DNA of 61,921 nt, counting the filler, from Choristocarpus tenellus KU-1152 (lineage: Eukaryota; Protista; Phaeophyceae): the NCBI GenBank assembly GCA_964200185.2. It is 13 parts of 13 records of this genome, joined end to end, with 100 filler letters (N's around TTAATTAATTAA, not from the genome) between each part and the next. Parts side by side here need not be neighbours in the genome. Positions count along the whole stretch, not along the records: positions 51,526 to 54,932 come from CAXNAD020020247.1; positions 55,033 to 61,921 come from CAXNAD020007138.1; 11 more parts are not named here. One strand, written 5' to 3'. Below, one piece after another: positions 51,530-61,921 of this stretch; positions within the stretch are counted from its first letter, which is position 1, and the number at the start of each line of letters is the position of its first letter. Below the pieces are notes generated by a model that searched no databases, was not told the origin of the DNA, and saw only the letters and a list, made by a program, of their open reading frames with translations. The position numbers and the translations under genes are program-made.

Positions 51530-53700
51530 AACTGTAGGGTGCGCAAACTTTATCAAGACCAGGTCTGTCTCCACATCACATGTGCTCAACCACCCACACC
51601 CCTTTGTGATGGGCCAAAACATTGACTCCAAGAGGGGAATACACGTATGCCAAGGTGGCATGTGCAAGTCCCTTCTCCTCTTGCCAAGAAGTAACTGCAA
51701 CTGTTCTAAAAGAATTATTTATATTCATTTGGTCTCAATAACACAATGACTTTGATAGATACTTGACACACTTGACACATCAGTCATTACATGATCCTTG
51801 CATCGAGGCAATCAGGTGGGGCATGAGATACCCACAACACACCACACCGGATTAAAACAAGACTGAACGTGTACAACCTCTCCCTCTTTCTATCTCCGTG
51901 CCCCTCACATCCAACGTTTGAGCGATTGGCAACACACCAAGTTGAACCACCTTGAGCTACACAGAATGTTCAAGGGTTGGATGACAAACTTGACGGGGTA
52001 ACAATCGATCCAAGATCACCCTATGCATGGCACAACTAACTAACGCAGGGATCTATGCACTTCCTCAAAGAAATATTCAGAGTCAACAATTAGCGCTTCA
52101 TCCAAACTTGCCGTTATACATACTCCACAAATCACCCTTCCACCAGCTGACTTACCCAACCACCACATTTTTGTCTCAGAGAGAAGTTGTGGAAACTCCT
52201 ATCTATGCCTTGAGGTTTCGGTGCCAATCACTTGTCCTTAATGCTTCACCTCCTTACCCAAACTACCTCCTTCTACATGCCTCCCTCAATCCAATCTATC
52301 CAGGTGTAGTAAGACCACATATTTACTGTATGTGAATATCACCCCTAGATTTTTCTGTGTTTCAAAATGCGCCACTGATTGCTCCATAGCAAAACATGAT
52401 AGCTTTATTATCAGCCTTCTAGTGGTTGAGAACATGTATCAAATGGAGTCTCATGCCATCCTGCCACATCCCAAACACTGATCATTTCTTTCAGGGGAAT
52501 GTGCTCGTTTGCCTACTCTTACCTCAGACAGCTCTCACGATCTCTACCTTACAGACTTGTCGACAAGATACAAACTATCTATATATTTAGCTAAATCTCC
52601 TGTTTCGGTAGTAATGGGGAAGTATCTTCAGTCCAAGGGGAGAACCCATATACTTCAAGATCAGAGTATCAGAGTATTGGGAATGGATCTTGGGTGAGAA
52701 CTTCTTGTGTTTACCCAGAACAGTGTGAACACTACTAATGAATGAGGTTGAAGGGTCGTTGATTTGTCACTACCGTGGAACACTTTGCTGTCCTTTGTCA
52801 AACACACATCAAGCTAACCCTATCTTTGTATCATTCCTACTATTCCTCTGTCACTCTCTAGTGGGTGTACACTTATACAACCAATCCAAATATAGAGTGA
52901 ACAAAAACACCAACTTCTCCGTTGCAACACCAGTCAAGACCAAACTCACCTCCGGATGACCGCCCTCCTGGCCAACCATGCTCTAACATTTCCTGCATTG
53001 TGGCAACAGCAGACCTCAACTCAACCAGCTGTTGCGAGGCCGCTCTTTGCCTCACCAACGCCTGACCACGTGTTAGGAGTTTGGAGGAGGAGGGCCGGCT
53101 GGTCGTGAGGGCTTGTTTGAAGGTGAGAAAAATACCAATCACTCGGGAGGAGGACCCTGGACATGGTGAGAAATGCTGGAAGGAGTGCTCCTGTGAGATA
53201 AGTCAGATCCAGTCATTTTGGACCTACCAAATACCCCAAAAAAACAACACCATTGAGATTGTCAATTCGTACTACCTCACACAAACTGCGATATTCAGAG
53301 GTGTCCACATCCCGGCTAATCCACACACTTCACTTTGTGATTGTGTAGTACACCCCAACCAGGACAATGTTGCTATCAATAACAATGTAAAATTATTACA
53401 AGGACTTGCTCAGGAACCAATTTACCATCTTCTAGATTTCTCTTCTCTCACACAGATAATCACATCACTCTCTCCTCTATGAAGAATCCTCCCAGTACTT
53501 TGGAACACACCCTACTGGCACTTCATCTCGTTGCCCATCTCCACATACCACTCTACAATTTCTACCTCTTCTCCCTCACACGATAACCGGTCCCCCTTTC
53601 TCCTACCAACCAACCTCCAAACACAGGTCAACCACGTCCTCATCAGGCCACCTTTCCCCCCCAACAAGGAGCATGCCTATACCAATTGCCACTGGTCACT
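51530..53700 (-). mobile_element. Heavily decayed Gypsy-like pol remnant
   Basis: Minus-strand fragments VVFLGYLVG (~53240, RT domain 7-like) and GHFETQK (~52370, integrase zinc-finger-like). Many stops. Confidence 0.35.
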
Positions 53701-54240
53701 CATACCTGGATAGTGGTAGCTGCGTCCTCTCTTTGTTGGGTGACTTGAGCTTCATGCCTGCACAAGAGAAGAGTCAGTGGGATGTATGTTGGATATTGCC
53801 ACTATATGCTGGAGTACGTACTAGCACAACTCAGGTAGGGCTGTGTTGACAGCATTTATGCCACAATTGAAACTTCTGCTTCATCACGAACTACACAGGC
53901 AAACGTGGTGATGGAAAAAAACGCATGGGAACGTCCTAAAATCAGGATCTTCTGTGCCACCACAGAGCAAGGCATATAGAACTGTTCTTTTTGCCCAACC
54001 CTTGACCACGTACCATGCCTAAAATGTGCAACGAGATGACAAACATTGATAAAGCCCTATCAAGAGCTCTGTCTATTGCAGTAGCAGATTTCTTACGTTG
54101 GCCTATAGCTCATAGCATGATCAGGACATATTTCCTTCCTCATATAAACACTCATACCTACATGTAGTGATAGGCAGGAATTGGCAGGCGCCAAGGTAAT
54201 TGACATATCTCTGCTCAGGAGCGAGTACCAACCAATACAT

Positions 54241-54493
54241 GAGCCAAAGTATCTTAGAGGGTAGAGCCACGTCCATTTGGCGACCAAAATCCAATGTTGC
54301 GATTTTGTCTTGTCTATCGTGTTTGTTAGGAAGTGCCTATATCCTTGTTCCAGACACGCCTTTTCATAACGTATACAATTGGCCTACTCCAAAATATTTT
54401 GGAGTAAGAAAATGTCATTAAAAAAACTGAGGGAAGGCAATCCACAAATGGACAAACAGGTCAAAACTCGTACCCTCAAAGATACTTTCACTC
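54241..54493 (+). mobile_element. MITE (family 1)
   Basis: TIRs present; flanks acat/atat. Confidence 0.92.
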
Positions 54494-57400
54494 ATATCCC
54501 TGTGGTGAATCCAAACCCTCCTCCATCAGGGTATAGTAGCAAATTCTGAGTACTACCTAGAATTTGAGCGCTCAAATCGTCTTTGTTCGCTATCACACAT
54601 TCTGTTGGGCATACGGTATGCACTTAAGCAAAAAATTGAAATATGCTCAAAGCAGATACAAACACGCTTGTCTAGTTGCTTGGCGCTTGATGAAAATGAG
54701 GTTAACATGACATTCATGGGCACTTTTACTACAATAGGCGAAGCTGATTCTCTGAAAGAATCGCCCCGTCCCACAACTCCTTGCACTCTGATCACCTCAA
54801 GGGGAGAGCAAGCATCTCACTGACCCTGTGTAGCTAGAATTCCCTAAATTTGTGCTGGTCACACACATCCTTCTTGAGGATTGGAGGATGGTGACTCCCA
54901 AAGCGTGACAACAATGCCGTAAAGATGTAGTTNNNNNNNNNNNNNNNNNNNNNNNNNNNNNNNNNNNNNNNNNNNNTTAATTAATTAANNNNNNNNNNNN
55001 NNNNNNNNNNNNNNNNNNNNNNNNNNNNNNNNGGTGGGGGGGGGGGAGAGGGGGGCGTGGAGGGGTTTCTACTCCTTCGTCAGCCCAGCAATCCCCCATT
55101 CGGTGAGAGTTGGGGGGCAACAAACTCGCTGATATGCCATCATGAAATGTCAGGAGACCAGACAAGGATGGCAGGGACTTAAGCCCCCTCAAATTGAACA
55201 CACTTGAACACATAAATGACACACAGAAAAAACAGGACAGCCAAAGCATGTTGCCGCAGGCTAAAACAAGCCTGATCCTGAAACAGTGCATGCCAATTGT
55301 GATCAATTTTTCTCTCCATCCCTCTCACACCCTGCCTCTCCGGCCTGCACTGCCCACCCCAAGGTGGGCAACAACAAGGTGAAGGATAGTACGATACAAG
55401 AGAGGTTAAAGTACAATTAGAAGACTTAATAAACGTACGGGAAAAACGACACGTGGTGCGTGTGAACATCAACATCTCAGCACTCACAATCTTTTGCAGT
55501 GGTGCGCACAAACATCATACAAAATCACACACTCCATCACCAACATAATACACAATCAACGCACCATATACACACAGGGGAAAACACACCAATACAAAAG
55601 TTACAAAGAAACAAATAACTATGCCAAACGATGGTTTATCTTTATCATTAGTCCATATCCATAACCTCGGAGTATCTCTCGCCTCAGTCCAACCTGCCCG
55701 CCTAGTAATCACCGAAAGACACACTGTACTCTCCACTTCATACTCGAGCGACTGACTAGAATCAACCGATAGATATCTACCACTTCCTACAACTCCGTTC
55801 ATCGTTTTTAATCTGGAGTCTTCTTCACCACATATAGCCACCCGCCACGCAACGTCAAGACGTACTGGCAGGATTCAAAGGTTACAATTGTCTCTCGCAT
55901 CCGATCGTTCCCTAGCACAGCCCCAAAATCGGGGAGTAAAGAATAAAGGCACGCGGCCTGTCGCCTCCCCTCTTCGTCATCCATCTGTCCGGTCATCTGT
56001 CATGGCGAGGTTCGACAAGAGCATGAGGGCACAAGCAAACGTAGAGTGTTTGGGTACTACTGCAGCGCCATGACTGGACCCTAACGTGCCAGCGGTTTAG
56101 ACAATGGTAAATGCCATTGAATTTATACGCAAATGGCGCATGCCCATAGTAAGTGATGGGAATAATGTTGGTGCTGTTAAGCAGTCCCACACTAGGTTGA
56201 ATAATGACTGGGACAGTGCCACGAGGTTCTCACACCCAGTGTCTCACCTTGTAAATCTGCCCGTTCGAGACCCTCAGGACTGCTGTCCCCACTTGGTTGT
56301 CGACGTGCCTCATATCAACAGGGGGTTCCTGCTCGGATATAAGTCCGCAACGAGAAGGTGTCAGGAGACATTTTAAGTGCTGTAACAGGTGCAGTGCAAA
56401 TTCGTTTTGCTGATGATACTCCTGCCATACACCATGCTCACAACTCAAAATCATCTCGTCATTAAGAAGAAAGAGTGGTCCTATGGAATCTCTATTTGCT
56501 GTCTTTTAGCACTTACCATTCCCCCCTCTTGCCTTGTCCGTCTTCTCGCCAGCTTTCAGCCGTGTGGTTACTGCGACCAGCAAATTGTGCGCCACGAAGC
56601 CAGGTGGCTTTGCCTTTCAACTCCACCCCTCCAGTCGCAAACTCCCCAACCTTCCAGGGCTCCACCTCTACGAGAGATTGGTTGAGGGGAAGGTTACTTG
56701 TATTCCACGGTCTTGGAAAAAGAGAGTTACTCAAATGAAGTGCAGGTTGCACGTGGGTATGGCAAATTCGCCTCGACGATAAATTTCGCGGTTTGAAGAA
56801 AAGCAGAACCCAAAACTATGGAAATATTTTCAAGAGGGGCCAAATGTCTCACAAGAGAGAGGAGGGGATCACCAGTATGTCTACTGCTGAGTCTGAGAAG
56901 GAGAGATAGTACCAATTCACACCCACTATAATAACATTCGGGTGTGGAATCAAAACCCATGAGAGCCAAATATGTCCTATCTGTCATCTTTTCTGGAGTT
57001 CTAGTTCCTACTTGTATAAAGTAATTCAAGTTTCAAGTCACGCAACATTTTGGAGATAGTATTTTATTGTATATATTATTATTATATATTCACCTCAAGA
57101 TTGAATTGGATGATAAGATGGAGAATTAGATAACAAGATTATAATATGAGTGTCGTTTTTGCTCAATGGTTAGTAGAGGGTGTTTCCTACATGAATTTCT
57201 AACTTCTTTGTTCGTTGAAAGTTGAGTGAGGTCTGATCGCTAGAACTTTAGATCCCATTTCAAATACATTTCATGTAGTCAATACCAGATGTGCTTTCTG
57301 ATTTTTGATTGCAATCGGAAATCTGAATCAAGACATATTATTCATGTGCCTTAGACACGATTTAAGTACACAGTATCCTGATTGAATACAAACCTGACAG

Positions 57401-58103
57401 TAGTTTGAGATTGGAGATGTGTAAACACAACTCTTGAAATGAAAGGCAATCTTGAAAGAAGATAGAAAATCCATACATTCTCATACAACAACAGTTAAGT
57501 ACTCCTTCACCGACCCAACTTGATGGTAGGAACGATTGACTCAACCACAACCTATCAACCTTAATCAAGTTCAAAAACACAGAAATGGACAACATCGCTA
57601 ACAACAACATGTATCTGACTCTTTCCTGTATTTTTATTGAGTAAAAAAATTGCGGGGGCTCCTTCTTCACTAATATAATCCATTGTACTACTGTCGTCCT
57701 CCAAACACAACTCCTAGTAACAGATGGTTTGGAGTCATCGCGTTTTTCGTCACACATCCAGTAGATATTACCAAATTATAAGACAGGTTTGTTTGGATCT
57801 TTGTGCGGTTTTCGAGAGTTATTACAACCATTTATTGAAAAGTGGTATACCTCAGAAAAAAACGTTCCAATTCTGTCCTGGTGTCTCAATAATCTCAAGT
57901 ACGTAGTAGATTCTATAACCAAGTGATTCCTCTTCGTTCATTCATATGTTTTATGATTTTTGTGTTAGGTATCGTTACCGATATATGGAACTATCGGTCA
58001 AGAACTGTAAACAACTTGATAGGACATTTTTGATAATATGAGGAGTGATGGGGTTGGTAGTTGTAACAAGTGAATGTGAGGAAGACTTAGTCAAGAAGTA
58101 TAG

Positions 58104-61058
58104 ATGAGGACTGTTTCAGCCACGGTGTTAGCAGTTCTGCTGGCCGCGCAAGAAGTCGTATCTTTCACACTCTATCCAGCTGTGACCTCAGTGCCATTGG
58201 GAGGTAATAGAGGGAAGTGGTATCATGGGTCCAAATCACTTTGGGAGAATAATGACTATTACGGGAAGCTGGGGGTGTGGAGAGGGAGGGTTCAGGCAAT
58301 AGGAGCGGTGAATATGGAGATCAAGAGCACGGAGGAAGATCTTGTACAACTAAAAGTGAAGAATGATCAGGAGTGGCAATTCTTCGACACTGCCAGGATC
58401 AACGTGCAAGGAGGGGATGGCGGTGACGGGTGACGATAGGCCTTAAAACCTTGCCTTCGTTGCCTGTGTTGTGTGGCCTTATCTTGTAGAGAATGGTTTG
58501 GTGTGTGATGGAGGGATACGTTCCTTCCCTATTTTCCCAGTTGGTTATTGCGCCTTTTCTGTTGTTGACCTGCCCTCCCACGTCCTCCTAACCAATGCTC
58601 AGCCTTTTGCCTTGGGGCTGCCCCACAGGTGCGTGTCTTTCCGTAGAGACAAGGGTGTTGCCTATGGGGGACCAAACGGTGCGTCAGGAGGACGGGGGGG
58701 CTCTGTTTACCTCCGTTGCGATGAGGGATTAAATACTCTCGCGGTTGTTCGACACAAGGTACACCATCGTGCCACGAGCGGTCGAAATGGCCACGGGTAT
58801 AGTAGGACAGGTTTTACGGGTGAGGATGTACATGTAGCGGTACCACCGGGTACAGTCGTGCGGGATCAGGATGGAGCTTTGTGTGGAGAGCTTGAGAGGC
58901 ATAACGATGTGGTTCTTGTCGCTAAGGGGGGAATTGGAGGACGAGGAAATGAGGCCTTTAAAACACAGCGGAACAATGCACCCAAGTTTGCAGAGAAGGG
59001 GGAACCTGGCGCGGAGAGGTGGATTTACCTCGAGCTAAAGCTTGTGGCAGATGTGGGCTTTGTGGGGGTCCCGAATGCAGGCAAGAGCACCCTCCTTGCT
59101 GTGTCTTCAAACGCCAAGCCTAAGATTGCCGACTACCCTTTCACAACGGTAACGCCCAATTTGGGTGTGTGTGATGTCGTGGAGGATGATGGGACGGGGA
59201 AAGGACTTGTTCTCGCTGATATTCCGGGTCTTCTAGAGGGAGCACATGTGGGGGTGGGACTCGGTCTTGCCTTTCTCAGGCATGTGCAGCGATGCCGTGT
59301 GCTTGTACATGTTGTTAGTGGTGACAGTCCAGACCCTGTTGGAGACTACAGAGCCATCCAACAAGAACTTGAGCTGTTTAGCCCTAAGCTCCTGGAGAAA
59401 CCCCAAGTGAGAGAGATATTCAAACATTATTGGGGTAGAGTTGGGTGCAATATATGTACGTATACACTAGACACATGTCCTTGCAAATGTTCAGGGTCAG
59501 GCTTTTATAAAATGCCGCAATTGCCAACCCGATCGTTGATTTACGTGGATTGAGGCTGATACATCTTCCTGTAAGGATCGAATATTTGTATGATCCATCA
59601 TTTTGTCCTCAACTAAAAAAGCAAAACCTCTCTTTCCAGGTGGTCGTCCTAAACAAAATTGACCTACCCCATGTTCAAGAGAAACAGGGACAGATGGAGT
59701 CCGACCTCAAGAGTGCTATTGGACACACAAGGTTCCTTTCCATCAGGCGAGATTATAGAAACTGGTGTTTAATTTCTCCCTCACCCTTTGCAAAGCCCTC
59801 TTCACCCTATCCTCAAAATGGTGCTCATCCGTCATATACTAATATAATCTGTGAGGACATTGATGGTAGTAAAAGGCTCAAAGTTAAAATAAAAAAAATA
59901 CCCGGTGCTGTTCCCACTAAAACCTGTGTTTACCTGAAGTTTCCCCCCCTGCTTGGTGTACTGCTGGTGGAACAGATCACAAATGGAATGCGCAAGCGAA
60001 GAGGCGTTGTCAAGACATGAGTCTTTGTGGATTGAGAGGTCTTGACACAGTTGGTCCAGACGATATTCATGTATCAAGGCATAGTTGCATACAAATAGCT
60101 TGGTGCGTCGCACATGCCCCAATCCGCAACGTCTTGCCTCTATCACCAGCGCGCTATCTCTGTTGCTCCGCTTGCGTGTATTACTACTTACTCAATTTTT
60201 GCACAGTGCCGTGAAGGGAATAAAAACAAAGGAGCTCATGAGGCGACTGCAAAAGCTGGTTGCATCATTGCCCCCGTCTGATAGCCTCTTTGACGGAGAG
60301 GTGGTGAAGGAGCTGGATACCCCAGTTGTGGAAGATTCTGGGTTTGAGATCGAGCAAGATCCGGTACGGTATCCTGGCCAGTTCCGAATAAAGGGGAGTC
60401 GCATCGAGCGGATAGCTCATATGACCTCCTGGGACTACTACGAAGCCGTGCAGCGCTTCCAACGCATCATGGAGGCCATGGGTGTGAACAAAGAACTGGA
60501 GCGAGCAGGGGCAAAGGAGGGTGACCTCGTCATGATCCTTGACCAGGACTTTGATTACAGGTACAATTTGATTTTGTTTCTTTTGGGAGGGGGCCCAAGG
60601 CTTTTCCACTTGGTGGTGCGTGATGCTTTTCCTTGGAATGTGGAAATGTGGAAACACATTTTCTGTTGCATTTTGTTCGCCAAGTGTCGCTCCAGCTCAA
60701 TGGTTCTGACTTGGGAGGCACCATACTGCCTTCACACAGGGATGGGCGTGTGTCTCCTGCCCTCTTTCCTTTTCTTTTTTTGCATCTGTTATCCCTTTTT
60801 TTTTTTTCTTTGATCTGGAGTGAGTGAAAGGGCGAGCCTTACCCTTTCCCTCCCCATGCACTCTCCCCCCATTTGTCGTCGTCCTCATCAATGCTCCCTT
60901 TTTGTTAGTAATGGTGGCATGCGTACTCATCCCTCCCTACCGTTCACCTGTCCCTGGACTTGTGTGTGCGTTTCTGTGCTTTCCTTCAATCTCCCTCATA
61001 CAGTCCGAATGCCGGTAGCTTGTTTGAGCAACAGATGCATGATATGGACATGATGTAA
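58104..61058 (+). CDS. obg: Obg/CgtA family GTPase, probably plastid-targeted. Exons 58104-58429, 58629-59406, 59640-59746, 60207-60560 and probably 61004-61058
   Basis: [17 protein letters not shown]|CVSFRR Gly-rich Obg fold; G1 GVPNAGKS; G2 YPFTT; G3 DIPG; G4 NKID; G5 SAV; C-terminal OCT-type domain; signal peptide ending VVS-F. Confidence 0.96.
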
Positions 61059-61921
61059 GCAGCAAAGATCTCCGAGAAGTCGCTTGCTCCTGCTGCTGGG
61101 CTTATTGTGTTCCTGTAGGGTCTTACGGACACATTTAATGGGTGTGAACTACAGGACCTCGCCCGGGGATGGGGATAATCCGGCACGATTGCTCTTCAAA
61201 ACCTGTCTGTAGGAAATCTAAAGCGATCTGATAGATACATAGATGTGTTGCACTTAACCTGTGTCTCCTGAGATAGAGCAATGTGTACAATAGGTGCATG
61301 GAAAAGGCTGTGCTGTGGGATTGGCCCATTTTTAGTTCAATTCCGTGCTTTTGATAGAGTATTGAAAAAATACGTTTTGTTAATCACCCCACTTGTCTTT
61401 GATACATTTTCCTGCAGAGTTGGGTATTTGTTCAAACAGGTGCGTGTTGTGGCTTTGCGCCCTTTGCTGTCCTCTCAGTGCTCCTTGTCTGGTAAGACAG
61501 TTGCCGCAAAGTAGGCAGTCTTTAGAAAGGCACATCACCTGGAGATCGCGCTGGGATATTTCACCCATTCTCTCCCAAAATTAAACGTTTTTTCTTCCCA
61601 CGAGATTTCCGATAGCACAGCTCACTCTCACCAAGGCACAGCATATGTGAATGCCCTGAGTACTTCGGGATACAGAGGGCTCGTTGTTCTTACGGGGAAA
61701 ATATATATTATGTAGAGAGTACTCACACGACTATTTACTGTGAGTTGAAGTTCAGTTTTTGACGTCCTCTGTATAATCATCAATTGAAAGTTCTTCGCCC
61801 CATGTGGTCCTCTGTCGTTATTTCCTCCGGGAGTTAGGGTATGGCATACCCCTTACAGCATGCATGTGATGTACCTGGGCTACGATAGTAGCAGTAGAGT
61901 AAGTCTCTAGTGACTAGAGTA

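Larger units (their letters stand above)
6246..55032. other. Twelve artificial 100-nt contig spacers (N44-TTAATTAATTAA-N44) at 6246-6345, 13651-13750, 17710-17809, 21235-21334, 24394-24493, 27609-27708, 31811-31910, 34602-34701, 37948-38047, 41535-41634, 51426-51525 and 54933-55032
   Basis: Identical N runs flank a six-frame stop linker. ORFs ending in 'XXXLIN' are artefacts of these spacers. Confidence 0.99.

Overview
Eukaryotic, intron-rich genomic DNA, most likely a plastid-bearing stramenopile such as a brown alga or close relative. This is inferred from the signal-peptide + 'VVSF' bipartite plastid-targeting leader on Obg, the TTAGGG repeats and the long TE-rich introns. The window is not contiguous: it is 13 contigs joined by artificial 100-nt N44-TTAATTAATTAA-N44 spacers, so nothing can be inferred across a spacer. 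Host genes or fragments: an AGC-family Ser/Thr kinase, a very large uncharacterised protein with a >3.3-kb exon, two EF-hand exons, an SLC35F/EamA exon, an ABCC (MRP) transporter and a complete plastid-type Obg/CgtA GTPase. Mobile DNA: about 14 copies of a ~260-bp MITE with 23-bp TIRs (some self-nested), a Ty3/Gypsy pol split by a nested 2.15-kb LTR element, a CRE-like RLE non-LTR retrotransposon, and further decayed remnants. Most interesting observations: (i) telomere-type GGGTTA runs just after 5' splice sites and complementary TAACCC runs just before weak 3' splice sites, suggesting structure- or branchpoint-assisted splicing; (ii) two independent, intron-containing, decayed ParB/Sulfiredoxin-like ('DGNH') genes, one next to a JmjC-like remnant inside an ABCC intron, suggesting a dispersed mobile gene family. 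All calls were made by eye; no database searches were run.
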